Source: an uncultured Bacteroidota bacterium (GTDB taxonomy: Bacteria; Bacteroidota; Bacteroidia; UKL13-3). Taken from it: a stretch of 58,635 bases of DNA. The translations under genes and the position numbers were made by a program. The number at the start of each line of letters is the position of its first letter. Position 1 is the stretch's first letter. The stretch spans positions 1 through 58,635 of the forward strand of contig CAIUEQ010000126.1 of assembly GCA_903898215.1 (NCBI GenBank). The letters are read 5' to 3'. Below the pieces are notes generated by a model, which ran no database searches, was not told the DNA's origin, and was given only the letters and a program-made list of their open reading frames with translations. Of the stretch, positions 36,281 through 47,273 are shown one piece after another.

Positions 36281-37542
36281 TCTTTGAGTTGATATTTTTT
36301 AGAGAATTTTTTATTCAAATCTTTCTGCTGATTATTCAGATCAATTTCAATTCCATTGATAAACGCTTGTTCAACTATACTTGATTTCATGTCTAACACA
36401 TCGCCTGCTGAAATTATTATCGTGGCATCTTTTCCGTTTTCTAAAGTACCGCAACGGTTCTCAATACCTAAAATTTTTGCAGCGTTTTTTGTGATACACA
36501 TTAACGCTTCTTCTTTTGTTAATCCATGTGCAGCAGTTGTACCTGCTTCAAACATCAGGTTGCGTGATTCCCAACTTCCTGTATGTCCAATTGCAACTAA
36601 AATTCCTGCTTGCATTAATTGAAACGGAGTTTTAAATGGTTGATCAACATCTTCATCAGATCTTTGTGGAAGTCTGTGAATATTTGTGAGCACTACAGGA
36701 ATTTTATTTTCTTTAATAAGTTCTTTTAGTTTGTACGAATCTGCCGCACCAACTAAAACCATTTTTATTTCGGGATATTTTTTAACGAAGTTTACAGATG
36801 AAATAATTCCTTTCGAACTGTTCACATGAACATATAAATTCTTTGTTCCATTAAATAAATTTCTCATCGCTTCAAGCCTCACATTTGTAATTTCAGGTTT
36901 TTCAGTTTTACTGTATTGAAATGCTTGTTCGAATAATTCATCAATAGCTTGAAGCTCTTTATCCATGAGTTGTTTCATAGATTCATTTTGTCCGCCCCCA
37001 AAATTATAATTGATCAGTTCGGGCCAATTCATATGCACACCTTCATCAATTTTATAAGCGGCATCTTCCCAATTCCAACCATCAGTTTTCATCACACTTG
37101 AAGAGCCTGAAATTAATCCTCCTTGTGGAACAATTTGCATAAAAAGCACACCATTAGATTTTATAGTTGGGATAATTTTTGAATCGGTATTATAAGCAAT
37201 CACAGCACGAACATTTGGATTGACACCTCCAACTTCCCGATAATCATGTGTTGCACGAGCTTCGTCAATTTCATTTAATCCGGCAAAAGTATTCATACAA
37301 ATTAATCCGGGGTAAACGTGTTTCCCTTTTGCATTAATGATTCGTGCATTTTTATAGGTGGCTATCAATTGTGAATCGCACAAAATTATTTTCCCTTCAC
37401 TAAATACTAGAAATCCGTTTTCAATTATTTTTCCATTACCAAGATGAATAGTTGCCCCTTGAATGATTACAGTTATTTGTTGTGCTTTTGAAAACAAATT
37501 AATAGAGACAAATAATAGTATTAACAGAATATTTTTTTTCAT
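36277..37542 (-). CDS. Amidohydrolase family protein (secreted)
   Basis: 421 aa with a signal peptide. The N-terminal beta-sandwich and TIM-barrel layout, and the C-terminal GTLENGKDATIII motif, are typical of amidohydrolases. It overlaps the NUDIX gene start by 4 nt. Confidence 0.7.
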   Translation of the reverse strand: MKKNILLILLFVSINLFSKAQQITVIIQGATIHLGNGKIIENGFLVFSEGKIILCDSQLIATYKNARIINAKGKHVYPGLICMNTFAGLNEIDEARATHDYREVGGVNPNVRAVIAYNTDSKIIPTIKSNGVLFMQIVPQGGLISGSSSVMKTDGWNWEDAAYKIDEGVHMNWPELINYNFGGGQNESMKQLMDKELQAIDELFEQAFQYSKTEKPEITNVRLEAMRNLFNGTKNLYVHVNSSKGIISSVNFVKKYPEIKMVLVGAADSYKLKELIKENKIPVVLTNIHRLPQRSDEDVDQPFKTPFQLMQAGILVAIGHTGSWESRNLMFEAGTTAAHGLTKEEALMCITKNAAKILGIENRCGTLENGKDATIIISAGDVLDMKSSIVEQAFINGIEIDLNNQQKDLNKKFSKKYQLKE

Positions 37543-37591
37543 TTTGATGTTTAAGAAGGATGAATGTAAATTGAAAGCGTTAAAAATTCAA

Positions 37592-38416
37592 TTATGGAAA
37601 TTTTGGAAACTTAGAAAAATCTGGTTTACGTTTTTCAAGAAAAGAATTTTTTCCTTCTTTGGCTTCATCACTCATATAATATAAAAGTGTAGCATTACCC
37701 GCCAACTCTTGTATTCCGGCTTGTCCGTCAAGTTCTGCATTGAAAGAAGATTTGATCATGCGCAATGCGATTGGACTTTTATCCAATATTTTTTTGCACC
37801 ATGCAATAGTAGTTTCTTCTAACTTTTCGAGAGGCACAACTTTATTTACCAAACCCATTTCGAGTGCTTCTGTTGCATCGTATTGATCACACAAAAGCCA
37901 AATCTCTCTCGCCTTTTTTTGTCCAACAATACGTGCTAAATAACCTGCGCCAAAGCCACCGTCAAAACTTCCAACCATCGGGCCTGTTTGTCCGAATCGG
38001 GCATTTTCGGCAGCAATTGTTAGGTCACAAATTACATGCAAAACATGTCCGCCACCAATTGCCCAACCAGCCACCATTGCTATTACCGGTTTTGGAATTC
38101 TGCGAATTTGCATTTGCAGATCAAGAACATTTAATCTTGGAACACCATCATCGCCAACATAACCACCGTTGCCACGAACAGACTGATCGCCACCACTGCA
38201 AAATGCTTTGCCACCTTCACCGGTTAAAATCACCACTCCAACTTCAGGATTCTGACGAGCAAGTTCCATTGCTTCACTCATTTCTTTTACAGTAAGCGGA
38301 GTAAATGCATTATGCTTTTCAGGTCTGTTGATGCTTATCTTAGCGATTCCTTCAAAAAAAGAAAATTTAATTTCTTTGTATTCTTCGATTGTTTTCCAAT
38401 TATAATTTGATTTCAT
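37592..38416 (-). CDS. menB: 1,4-dihydroxy-2-naphthoyl-CoA synthase
   Basis: 274 aa with motifs [21 protein letters not shown] and [14 protein letters not shown]. Confidence 0.9.
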   Translation of the reverse strand: MKSNYNWKTIEEYKEIKFSFFEGIAKISINRPEKHNAFTPLTVKEMSEAMELARQNPEVGVVILTGEGGKAFCSGGDQSVRGNGGYVGDDGVPRLNVLDLQMQIRRIPKPVIAMVAGWAIGGGHVLHVICDLTIAAENARFGQTGPMVGSFDGGFGAGYLARIVGQKKAREIWLLCDQYDATEALEMGLVNKVVPLEKLEETTIAWCKKILDKSPIALRMIKSSFNAELDGQAGIQELAGNATLLYYMSDEAKEGKNSFLEKRKPDFSKFPKFP

Positions 38417-38424
38417 TTTTAAAA

Positions 38425-38766
38425 TTAATAAGTTGTAAAAAAATATTTTTCTGTTCGAAATTCAGGATAATATTTCGGCCAGGTATGATTTTGGTTTTTG
38501 TACCTACACCACATTTTAATTGCTTTGTCTTCGTCAGTTTCTTTATAATTTATTTTTATTGAGTAATCAATTTTTTCAGGAGGTTTTAAATAATTTATAA
38601 AATCAAATTCATGTTCGCTTGAATACATAATATTTTGCTCTTTCAAATTATTCAAAACTATTTTTTTGCCTTCTTCATTTTTGATAGATGCACTGTCGGC
38701 AATAGTTTGACAATAGCCATCAATAGCATTCAACAAAATAAATAGTATGAAAAACCTTTTTATCAA
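38425..38766 (-). CDS. Hypothetical small secreted protein
   Basis: 113 aa with an N-terminal signal-like segment. It is wedged between menD and menB, and its start overlaps the menD stop by 4 nt. Confidence 0.5.
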   Translation of the reverse strand: MIKRFFILFILLNAIDGYCQTIADSASIKNEEGKKIVLNNLKEQNIMYSSEHEFDFINYLKPPEKIDYSIKINYKETDEDKAIKMWCRYKNQNHTWPKYYPEFRTEKYFFTTY

Positions 38767-40565
38767 ATCAATTTTATTTTTTTAAACTGTTTAAAAATTT
38801 TAGCGTTTTCATTTCTGTCAAATTTCAATTCGAGCACTGCGGCTTTTTTATTCGGATCAAGAAACTCTTTTAAAGTTTTACTCAAATCATTTTGTGATGC
38901 ACAAAAATAATAATCTAAACCATTATCAATTGCTGTGTTTTTAACACTCTGTTGATGTGGTGTTGTAAAATAGCTTAATTGTTTTTTATGAGATGATGGT
39001 CCATCGATGAGTTGAAATATTCCGCCACCAAAATTATTAAAAATAATAATTCGTAAATTATCCGGCACGTGATTATTCCACAAGGCATTTCTATCATATA
39101 AAAAACTAAGATCACCAGTGATAAATATGGTAGGTTTATTATTAATAATTGCAGCACCAACAGCTGTTGATGCACATCCGTCAATTCCGCTTGTGCCTCT
39201 GTTTCCGCTCACCGTCCAACTTGGATTTAAATTTCCAATTAAACTTATATAACGAATAGAACTGCTGTTTGAAATTTGTAAATTTATTGCATCAGGAAGA
39301 TTGTTTATGATAATTTCCATCGCATGTAATTCGCTCGAATTGTTATTTCTTTCAAGAAATGATTTTATCTTAACAGAAGCCAGTTCATCAATTTTTTTCC
39401 AGAGATTTTTAAAATCAGAAAAGGTGTTTTCTTTTAAATTTTCAGGAAGATTTGTTAATACAATCGAAGGGTTTGCATCAATATAATCCGTAACATTTTT
39501 ATATGTATCAACCAGTTCTTTTTTTGGTTGGATTCGAAAATGATATTTCGGTTTTTGTTTTTTCAGCCACAATTTTAAACTCTTTGAAAGTACTGGCCCG
39601 CCAAATGTAATCAGCATATCAGGCTCAAGTTCACTTAAGGTTTTTTCGCTACATTGAGAAATAGTAAAATCAAAATGAGGTGCTGTGCAAACACTTTGTT
39701 TATTACTTAGCACGTCACACAATATCACAACATCCTGATGTTTATTTAATTCAAATAATTGAGTGAATAAATTATTGTCAACCGGGTATTGACCAATAAG
39801 AATTATTTTCTTTTTGCTTTCGAACCAAGCCTTATTGAAAGTTTGAAAATTTGCTTGTTTAATTGTTTGAATTGCGCTCTCAAACTCTCGAACGCTCAAA
39901 CTTTCGAACTTGTTTTCTTTTGTTGGATAAAGAGGTTCGCTAAGAGGAACATTAATATGTACTGGACCTTTTACAATTCCGTTTGAAATATTAATTCCAT
40001 TTGAAATTATCGTTGAAGTTTCTTTGATATTTTCTTTTCCATGAAAATAATTTTCTAATTCAAAACTTGCAAGAACATGTCCTCCAAAAACATTTTTTTG
40101 CTTAACCATTTGTCCATCTTGTTGATTTAATAATTCAGGCGGACGATCGGCAGTTAAAATAATTAATGGAATTTTTTGATAAAAAGCTTCAGCTATTGCA
40201 GGGTAAAAATTTAAAGAAGCTGTTCCAGATGTACAAATCAGCACAACAGGTTCTTGCAGTTGTTGAGCCATGCCCAAAGCAATATATGCGGCACTGCGTT
40301 CATCAATAATCGAGTAGCATGTTATGTTTTTTTCTTGTGTGAACGCATAAACTAAAGGTGCCGAACGTGATCCGGGACAAATAACAGCATGCTTTATTCC
40401 AAGCAAAGCACAGGTTTTAGAAATGGTATAAACGTGTTGTTGCAAAAGTTGTAAATTTATTTGAATGATTTGATTAAGTTTGGAGTTCAAAAAATAAGAA
40501 CTGAGAACTTTCAAAATTACTTTGTCAAAAATATCATTTGGCGGGAGTTTGAAAAACAAAATCAT
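38763..40565 (-). CDS. menD: 2-succinyl-5-enolpyruvyl-6-hydroxy-3-cyclohexene-1-carboxylate synthase
   Basis: ThDP enzyme with GIKHAVICPGSRSAPL near the N-terminus and a GDLSFLYD ThDP-binding motif. The first 35-40 aa look like an extension, so the true start may lie downstream at a non-ATG codon. Confidence 0.85.
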   Translation of the reverse strand: MILFFKLPPNDIFDKVILKVLSSYFLNSKLNQIIQINLQLLQQHVYTISKTCALLGIKHAVICPGSRSAPLVYAFTQEKNITCYSIIDERSAAYIALGMAQQLQEPVVLICTSGTASLNFYPAIAEAFYQKIPLIILTADRPPELLNQQDGQMVKQKNVFGGHVLASFELENYFHGKENIKETSTIISNGINISNGIVKGPVHINVPLSEPLYPTKENKFESLSVREFESAIQTIKQANFQTFNKAWFESKKKIILIGQYPVDNNLFTQLFELNKHQDVVILCDVLSNKQSVCTAPHFDFTISQCSEKTLSELEPDMLITFGGPVLSKSLKLWLKKQKPKYHFRIQPKKELVDTYKNVTDYIDANPSIVLTNLPENLKENTFSDFKNLWKKIDELASVKIKSFLERNNNSSELHAMEIIINNLPDAINLQISNSSSIRYISLIGNLNPSWTVSGNRGTSGIDGCASTAVGAAIINNKPTIFITGDLSFLYDRNALWNNHVPDNLRIIIFNNFGGGIFQLIDGPSSHKKQLSYFTTPHQQSVKNTAIDNGLDYYFCASQNDLSKTLKEFLDPNKKAAVLELKFDRNENAKIFKQFKKIKLI

Positions 40566-40613
40566 TTTCTATTTTCGTGAACTCTAAAACATTTTGTTAC
40601 ACAACATATTAAA

Positions 40614-41333
40614 ATGACAAAAGACAGATTAATGACAAAGGCAATATTATTATTAGTTTTTAGCGCCTTCACGGTTGCTGCAATTGCACAAAAGCAGGAT
40701 ACAAAAACACAGGGTTTCGATCCGTTTTCGGCACAACCCGACACTACGAATGCTTCAGTTGCTTCTGATAGTCTTTCGCGACAAGACTCATCAACAATTG
40801 TTAAACCCTACGAAAGATTAGTGTTATACGTTGATTCGGTTACTAATTTGATTACTTATTTAGGAATAGTTGAACCAAACGAAATAAATACTAATCCTGA
40901 TGAAACCACAAGTTCAGATTCTTTGTATATAAGAGCAAAAAGATGGGCTGTGAAACGATTTACTGGAGGAGCAAAAGCGCTATTTGATGTTGATAAAAGA
41001 AATATTAAAATTGTGTTGAATGGTTGGATGCCGGCATATGCGTACGGAAATAAATACACCAAGAGAAATGTTGGTAAATATGAATTTAAAATGACCATTT
41101 GGTTAAAAGAAGGCAGGTATAAATATCAGTTATCAAATTTTGTTCATGAAGGCGTTAAGCCCAATGAAGGAAGTGTGGTAAGAAATTATTTCGAATTTTA
41201 TTATACCTCTCCAAATAGTTTAAAAGGAAATGATTTAACCCTTCGATATGCAGATAAAGATATTCATAGATTGATTGAAGATTTCAAGAAACATATGAAA
41301 GATCCTATTATTGTTGATGAAGAAGAGTGGTAG
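40614..41333 (+). CDS. Secreted protein, possibly DUF4468 family
   Basis: Signal peptide (AILLLVFSAFTVAAIAQ). The C-terminal part (YIRAKRWAVKRF...KYEFKMTIWLKEGRYKYQLSNFVHE) resembles DUF4468-type proteins as I recall them. Confidence 0.45.
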   Translation: MTKDRLMTKAILLLVFSAFTVAAIAQKQDTKTQGFDPFSAQPDTTNASVASDSLSRQDSSTIVKPYERLVLYVDSVTNLITYLGIVEPNEINTNPDETTSSDSLYIRAKRWAVKRFTGGAKALFDVDKRNIKIVLNGWMPAYAYGNKYTKRNVGKYEFKMTIWLKEGRYKYQLSNFVHEGVKPNEGSVVRNYFEFYYTSPNSLKGNDLTLRYADKDIHRLIEDFKKHMKDPIIVDEEEW

Positions 41334-41397
41334 AATTTTATATCATCTCAATAATTAAATAATACTTTTCCTTCCCAATCATTTTAAACTTTCTGCT

Positions 41398-41847
41398 TTG
41401 GCTGAAGTACTTTTTTCTCATGAATATTTTATGAAAGCCGCTTTGAAAGAAGCTGAGAAAGCATTTCATGAAAACGAAGTTCCTGTAGGATGCGTTATCG
41501 TTTGCAATAATCAGATTATCGGCAAAGGGTATAATTTAACCGAAAAATTAAATGATGTTACTGCTCATGCAGAAATGCAAGCAATCACAGCTGCCTCAAA
41601 TTATCTTGGAGCAAAGTATTTAAATGAATGCACAATGTATGTTACCATCGAGCCTTGTGTGATGTGTGCAGGTGCAATTTTTTGGAGTCAGATAGGAAAA
41701 TTGGTTTATGCTGCATCTGATGAAAAACGAGGCTTTAACAAAGTTGGAAATCTTCTCCATCCAAAAACAGAATTGTTAAAAGGGATATTTGAAATGGAAG
41801 CCAGCGAATTAATGAAAACATTTTTCAGAAAAATCAGAGAAACATAA
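41398..41847 (+). CDS. tadA: tRNA adenosine(34) deaminase
   Basis: CDA-fold zinc motifs HAEMQAI and PCVMCAGA. The ORF starts at the TTG at 41398; an alternative ATG at 41431 gives MKAALKEAEKA. Confidence 0.85.
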   Translation: MAEVLFSHEYFMKAALKEAEKAFHENEVPVGCVIVCNNQIIGKGYNLTEKLNDVTAHAEMQAITAASNYLGAKYLNECTMYVTIEPCVMCAGAIFWSQIGKLVYAASDEKRGFNKVGNLLHPKTELLKGIFEMEASELMKTFFRKIRET

Positions 41848-41857
41848 TTGAAACGAA

Positions 41858-41889
41858 ATTGTTAATTGTAAACAACAAATCTATTTTTG
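41858..41889 (+). promoter_or_regulatory. Putative Bacteroidota sigma-A type promoter of the SOD gene
   Basis: The -7 box TATTTTTG (41882-41889) fits TAnnTTTG and lies 20 nt before the ATG. ATTG at 41858-41861 sits about 20 nt upstream as a possible -33 element. Confidence 0.35.
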
Positions 41890-41908
41890 AACCTTAAATA
41901 AAAAAATC

Positions 41909-42517
41909 ATGGCATTTGAATTACCAAAATTACCTTACGAATACTCTTCACTCGAGCCACATATTGATGCACGAACAATGGAGATTCATTACACAAAGCA
42001 CCACCAAGCTTATGTAACAAATTTAAATAATGCACTTGCAGGAACTGATGGTGAAAAATTGAGCATCGAAGAAATCTGTAAAAACATTTCTAAATATCCA
42101 GTTGCTGTTAGAAATAATGGCGGAGGTCATTTTAATCATTCATTATTTTGGAGCATTATGGGGCCAAATAAAGGTGGTCAGCCATCAGGTGCTTTAATGG
42201 AAGCTATCAACAGCCAATTGGGTGGATGGGAAAAATTTAAAGAAGATTTTAACAAAGCAGCAACAACACGATTTGGTTCAGGATGGGCTTGGCTATGTGT
42301 TGATGCGAATAAAAAATTATGTGTTTGTTCATCTCCAAATCAGGATAATCCTTTAATGGATGTTTCAGATTGTAAGGGAACACCAATTTTAGGTTTAGAT
42401 GTTTGGGAACACGCTTATTATTTACATTATCAAAATCGCAGACCAGATTATTGTGCTGCTTTTTGGAATGTTGTTAATTGGGATGAAGTGAGCAAAAGAT
42501 TTGAGCAAGCTTTATAA
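41909..42517 (+). CDS. Fe/Mn superoxide dismutase
   Basis: 202 aa with motifs [17 protein letters not shown] and DVWEHAYY. Metal specificity not determinable by eye. Confidence 0.9.
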   Translation: MAFELPKLPYEYSSLEPHIDARTMEIHYTKHHQAYVTNLNNALAGTDGEKLSIEEICKNISKYPVAVRNNGGGHFNHSLFWSIMGPNKGGQPSGALMEAINSQLGGWEKFKEDFNKAATTRFGSGWAWLCVDANKKLCVCSSPNQDNPLMDVSDCKGTPILGLDVWEHAYYLHYQNRRPDYCAAFWNVVNWDEVSKRFEQAL

Positions 42518-42544
42518 GTAGAAGATACTATAGCTAATGTTTTG

Positions 42545-42578
42545 AAAGACGAGTTAAGTGCTCGTCTTTTTTTATTTT
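42545..42578 (+). terminator. Rho-independent terminator after the SOD gene
   Basis: AAAGACGAG (42545-42553) pairs with CTCGTCTTT (42561-42569), leaving a 7-nt loop. A T-rich run (TTTTATTTT) follows. Confidence 0.75.
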
Positions 42579-42676
42579 CATAAGATTGTATTTAACAGCT
42601 TAATATTAAAAACAGCCATTCATTTTGTTTTTACGTTTTTTTGCATAAGTTTGTTATTGCATTTAAACATAAACTT

Positions 42677-42979
42677 ATGAATCCAATTAATACAATTTTT
42701 GGGATTTCTTCTATCGGAAAAGAGGAAATCAGCGAAATTCAATTTGTATCGGAAGAGGTTTTAGCTTCGGTTGATCAAATAAATAACAGGCGCTCAGAAT
42801 TACAAAAAGCAATGCTTCTCGGAAATTCCGAGAAATCAAAAAGTAAGATCGTATTTGCAACAAATAACGGTTTAAGAAAAGTCGAAACAACCGTTTGGGC
42901 TGTTGATGATTTAGAAGTTGTTTTAAAAGCGGGAGTTTTTATACCTATCCACGCTATCTGTCATGTAGCACTTTTGTAA
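42677..42979 (+). CDS. Hypothetical protein
   Basis: 100 aa from ATG 42677 (MNPINTIFG). The track ORF begins at an upstream TTG. No family recognised with confidence. Confidence 0.5.
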   Translation: MNPINTIFGISSIGKEEISEIQFVSEEVLASVDQINNRRSELQKAMLLGNSEKSKSKIVFATNNGLRKVETTVWAVDDLEVVLKAGVFIPIHAICHVALL

Positions 42980-42985
42980 AACCTA

Positions 42986-44827
42986 CTACTCCACGGTAAC
43001 TGATTTTGCCAAATTTCTTGGTTGGTCAACATTACAACCTCTCATTACTGCAATATGATAGGAAAGTAACTGTAATGGAATTGTTGCAAGTAATGGTAAC
43101 ATCGATTCTTCGCATTGAGGGATGTAAATTACATAATCAGCATGATTTTTAATTTCAAGATCTCCTTCGGTAGCAATAGCAATAACGCGCCCTTTTCTGG
43201 CTTTAACTTCTTGAATATTACTGATTACTTTTTCGTAATAACTATGTTTGGTAGCAATTACTACAACAGGCATTTCTTCATCAATCAAAGCAATTGGCCC
43301 GTGCTTCATTTCGGCAGCAGGGTAACCTTCGGCATGGATATATGAAATTTCTTTTAACTTTAAAGCACCTTCGAGAGCAATTGGAAAACCATAACCGCGA
43401 CCTAAATACAATGCGTTTTTTGAATCTTTGAACTCTTCAGCAATCTGTTTTATCAATGGATCAGTTAGCAAAGTTTTTTCAACTTTTGCAGGAAGCGTTT
43501 CCATCTCAATTAATAATTCACGTAATCTTTGTGAGGTGAGCGTTCCTTTTTTCTGAGCAATTGAAAGTGCCATTAACAATAAAGCTGTAACCTGTGCGGT
43601 AAATGCTTTTGTAGATGCCACACCTATCTCAGGACCGGCATGGGTATATGCTCCGGCATCTGTAAAACGAGGAATTGATGAACCAACAACATTGCAAACT
43701 CCAAATACAGTAGCTCCTTTGCTTTTTGCTAATTCAATAGCGGCAAGTGTATCAGCAGTTTCTCCAGATTGAGAAATGGCTATTACAAAATCAGTTTCAT
43801 CTAAAATCGGATTTCTGTATCGAAATTCAGAGGCATATTCCACTTCAACAGGAATTCGGGCAAAGTCTTCAAATAAATATTCACCAACTAATCCCGCATG
43901 CCATGATGTTCCGCAGCCAATGATAATAATGCGTTTAATATTTTTGAGTTTATCTTCAAACATATCAACTCCGGCCATCGAAATTGTGGCATCCTTGATA
44001 TGTGTGCGGCCTCTAAAACTATCGAGAATAGAACGGGGTTGCTCGTAAATTTCTTTGAGCATGAAATGTTCGTAACCACCTTTTTCAATGCTTTCAAGGT
44101 TAATTTCAAGCTCTTGTATATAAGGGGTTTTTACAGTATTGTCAATTGTTTTAATGGTAAGTTCTGTTCCATTAATAATTGCAATTTCTCCATCTTGAAG
44201 ATAAACTACATTTTTGGTATACTCTAAAAATGGTGTAGCATCAGAAGCGATGAAATGTTCATTATCACCAATCCCGATTACCATAGGGCTGCCCTTCTTA
44301 GCACCGATTAAATAATTAGGATCCTTTTTTGATAAAATAACAATTGCGTATGCTCCAATCACCTGAGTGAGGGCCATTCTTACAGCTTCTTCAAATCCAA
44401 CATCATTATTTTTGTAAACTTCTTCTATAAGGTGAATTAATACTTCAGTATCGGTTTCACTTTTAAAAGTATGGCCACGCTTTGTTAAAGCCAACTTAAG
44501 GGAAACATAATTCTCGATGATTCCATTATGAATGATTGCAAACTCTTCTGAACCGGAAAGATGAGGATGAGCATTTAGGTCATTGGGTTCACCATGTGTA
44601 GCCCATCTAGTGTGGCCCATTCCGGTATTTGCATAAAGGTTTTTCCCTTTAATAATTTCTTCCAGTTCGGAAACCTTTCCGCTTTTTTTATAAATGATAA
44701 GTTCCTTTTCAGGGGTAAGCAATGCAATTCCTGAACTATCATATCCTCTATATTCAAGGCGTTTAAGTCCGTTTATAATAATTGGCGAAGCATCGCGATG
44801 GCCAATGTAGGCAACAATTCCACACAT
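42986..44827 (-). CDS. glmS: Glutamine--fructose-6-phosphate aminotransferase
   Basis: 613 aa with an N-terminal MCGIVAYIG (Ntn Cys), two SIS domains and the C-terminal ...LAKSVTVE. Confidence 0.95.
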   Translation of the reverse strand: MCGIVAYIGHRDASPIIINGLKRLEYRGYDSSGIALLTPEKELIIYKKSGKVSELEEIIKGKNLYANTGMGHTRWATHGEPNDLNAHPHLSGSEEFAIIHNGIIENYVSLKLALTKRGHTFKSETDTEVLIHLIEEVYKNNDVGFEEAVRMALTQVIGAYAIVILSKKDPNYLIGAKKGSPMVIGIGDNEHFIASDATPFLEYTKNVVYLQDGEIAIINGTELTIKTIDNTVKTPYIQELEINLESIEKGGYEHFMLKEIYEQPRSILDSFRGRTHIKDATISMAGVDMFEDKLKNIKRIIIIGCGTSWHAGLVGEYLFEDFARIPVEVEYASEFRYRNPILDETDFVIAISQSGETADTLAAIELAKSKGATVFGVCNVVGSSIPRFTDAGAYTHAGPEIGVASTKAFTAQVTALLLMALSIAQKKGTLTSQRLRELLIEMETLPAKVEKTLLTDPLIKQIAEEFKDSKNALYLGRGYGFPIALEGALKLKEISYIHAEGYPAAEMKHGPIALIDEEMPVVVIATKHSYYEKVISNIQEVKARKGRVIAIATEGDLEIKNHADYVIYIPQCEESMLPLLATIPLQLLSYHIAVMRGCNVDQPRNLAKSVTVE

Positions 44828-44830
44828 AGG

Positions 44831-45871
44831 TTATATTGATTGAAGGTTTAAGACTGTATTATTTATAGGCAAAGTTTTTTTTCCGTATGGAAGATGAGGT
44901 AAAATATTGTTCACACCCTCCATTAAATCGGTAAATTCATTAAAATTCAATGCTTGTTCTTTATCAGATAATGCTTTTGCCGGTTCAGGATGAATTTCAA
45001 TGATAAGCCCATCGGCTCCTGCTGCTGTTGCGGCCAATGCCGCTGGTTTAACACGAGAAGCTATTCCTGTTCCATGGCTTGGGTCAGCAATAATTGGCAA
45101 ATGACTTAATTCTTTTATTAACGAAATAGCTCCAATATCCATCACGTTTCTGCTTTGTGGATCAAAGCTTCTGATGCCGCGTTCACAAAGAATAACATTT
45201 GAGTTTCCTCCACTTAAAATATACTCAGCAGCTAAAAGCCATTCATAAACTTTAGCATTCATGCCTCGCTTTAACAAAATAGGTTTATCAATTTTCCCTA
45301 ATTCATTTAGTAAGTAAAAATTATGCATGTTTCTGCTGCCTACTTGAAGGATTTCGGCATATTGATAAACATCATCAAGTAAAGTCAAATCAAGAATTTC
45401 GGTTACAACTTTTAAATGAAATTGCTGGGCCGCTTTATGTAATATTTTTAAACCATCAACTCCTAAACCTCTAAAGGAATAAGGAGATGTTCTTGGTTTA
45501 TAGGCGCCTCCTCTTATAAACTGTATCCCTGCTTTTGAGAGAAATTCTGCTGTTGAAAAAACTTGATCCTCATTCTCTACAGAACAAGGGCCAGCCATTA
45601 CAGTAAAAGTGTCCATACTGATTTCAATGGTATCAATTTTTACAGCTGTTTTAGCTTTCCAAATTTTACTTGGGAGTTGAAAGGGCGTGTCAATTTCAAA
45701 AACTGAATCAATCGCATTTTTGTTATTGAGTAATGTTACATCATTGAATTTTGGAAGAACAATGACATTTTCGTTTTCGATAAACTGAAAGGCAATTGAA
45801 AGGTTATTCAAAAGCTCGAATATTTCATTTATCTCATCCCTTGAGGAGTTGTTATTTAACTTTACAATCAT
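44831..45871 (-). CDS. 3-deoxy-7-phosphoheptulonate synthase (type I-beta) with N-terminal regulatory domain
   Basis: Catalytic core motifs [19 protein letters not shown] and DPSHG. The N-terminal extension of about 80 aa resembles the ferredoxin-like regulatory domain of Thermotoga-type DAHPS. Confidence 0.85.
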   Translation of the reverse strand: MIVKLNNNSSRDEINEIFELLNNLSIAFQFIENENVIVLPKFNDVTLLNNKNAIDSVFEIDTPFQLPSKIWKAKTAVKIDTIEISMDTFTVMAGPCSVENEDQVFSTAEFLSKAGIQFIRGGAYKPRTSPYSFRGLGVDGLKILHKAAQQFHLKVVTEILDLTLLDDVYQYAEILQVGSRNMHNFYLLNELGKIDKPILLKRGMNAKVYEWLLAAEYILSGGNSNVILCERGIRSFDPQSRNVMDIGAISLIKELSHLPIIADPSHGTGIASRVKPAALAATAAGADGLIIEIHPEPAKALSDKEQALNFNEFTDLMEGVNNILPHLPYGKKTLPINNTVLNLQSI

Positions 45872-45872
45872 C

Positions 45873-47273
45873 TTATTTTATAACAGAATAACTAAGATTA
45901 AGTTTCACATCTTTTGTGTTGATTACGGCTCTGCTCGAACCAAATCCGTTCATGTAATCATCCGCAGGAATAATTAAATTCATTCCATAGTTGATGCTTT
46001 TACCAGTTTGGTGAAAAGTGGTTAGCAGGTGTTGAACATGTCTGGTAATATTAAAAGAATATTGACCTTTCCCATTTACTACAGTGTAAGTTCCTCCATA
46101 ATAACTTGTAGGGTTTATTTCTAAAAAATCTTCCAAGAAAGAAATTCTTCCAATGGAATCTGCATTTTGAAGCCATAAATTATTGGGAGCTTTATAAACT
46201 GCGTCATCTTTTCCGTCAGCAAGTGTAAATACGATTTGAGCTCCAATTACAGCAATATCATGGTCCTTAGCGATATTATCAATATTTGGCATGAGTACCC
46301 TTGTTTTTATTCCTGCGTTTGATTGTACATAACTTTCATTATTCGCAGAAGGCGTTTTGCTCATGTAAGGTTGTAATGGGAGTGAAGTAGAATGCGTATA
46401 TTGATTAGTAATAACATCAGAAGGTGCAATCGGAAATATTTGTTTGTATTTGCCTCCATAATAAACGGCTATTCCACTCACTAGTGAAGAGCGAGGATTA
46501 AGGTATAAAATTGCCCCTTGACCAGGAAATAGTCTCGATTCAGGAGTTTGGGCCAAAATTGCTAAACCGTTAATATAGCTTTGAAATGCAGTGTTCGACA
46601 AAAAGGCTCCAGCAGATTCTGCTCGTTGAAGTTTATTAACAAATGCGGAGCTTAATTTTATTCGAATATGTGGAATTAAAGTAGTTGTAAGCCCTCCGTA
46701 TGTTTCATAAACACTGTCTGTAAAATTAAATGTTGAAGAAAAATATCCAATTGAAGGAGGTAAAACACGGCTACCTATTTCTGAAATTTGATAATTTCGG
46801 TTTGAAAAATATCCTGAATCATATGAAGAAGACAACTGCTCCTTAAGTTCGTATACTGAAATATCCTGTGATGTGGAGATGTTTCCATAATAGGAATTGC
46901 TTGAAACAAACCCTAATTGTAACACAACTGAATCAATGGTTGCGCCATTAAAACCAAAACCACTTGGCAAACTAAATTGAGTATATATATTCGATTTTGT
47001 TTTTCCAAAAATGGGGTCATTCATATCTCCCAGCATAAAAAAACTTAACGCTTTTGTGGGAATTGAATCACATTTTGAACTAAATAAAATGAGGGAAGTG
47101 GTATCGTTTGATAATACAGTAAAACCATTGAGAGTGCCAATAAAACCTGCACCTATTGTGTTGGAGTTATCCTTTTTACAGGCAGTAAAAAGAAAAACAG
47201 AAACAAGAAACGTTATAATAAACTGCTTAGTTCTGTCTTTCGAGTAAACTATCATAGAGTTCGATATAATCAT
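45873..47273 (-). CDS. DUF4270 family lipoprotein
   Basis: Signal peptide plus lipobox (FLFTACKKD). Its position directly downstream of the short glycogen synthase is the conserved Bacteroidota arrangement. The start is either 47273 or 47255. Confidence 0.6.
   Translation of the reverse strand: MIISNSMIVYSKDRTKQFIITFLVSVFLFTACKKDNSNTIGAGFIGTLNGFTVLSNDTTSLILFSSKCDSIPTKALSFFMLGDMNDPIFGKTKSNIYTQFSLPSGFGFNGATIDSVVLQLGFVSSNSYYGNISTSQDISVYELKEQLSSSYDSGYFSNRNYQISEIGSRVLPPSIGYFSSTFNFTDSVYETYGGLTTTLIPHIRIKLSSAFVNKLQRAESAGAFLSNTAFQSYINGLAILAQTPESRLFPGQGAILYLNPRSSLVSGIAVYYGGKYKQIFPIAPSDVITNQYTHSTSLPLQPYMSKTPSANNESYVQSNAGIKTRVLMPNIDNIAKDHDIAVIGAQIVFTLADGKDDAVYKAPNNLWLQNADSIGRISFLEDFLEINPTSYYGGTYTVVNGKGQYSFNITRHVQHLLTTFHQTGKSINYGMNLIIPADDYMNGFGSSRAVINTKDVKLNLSYSVIK

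Noticed and set aside
37864-38295. 143-aa His/Gln-rich ORF
   Set aside because: It is entirely antisense to the well-supported menB, has low-complexity composition, and shows no start context.
44828-44830. glmS ribozyme upstream of glmS
   Set aside because: Only 3 nt separate glmS from the upstream DAHP synthase gene, so there is no room for a ribozyme. The ribozyme is characteristic of Firmicutes-type leaders.
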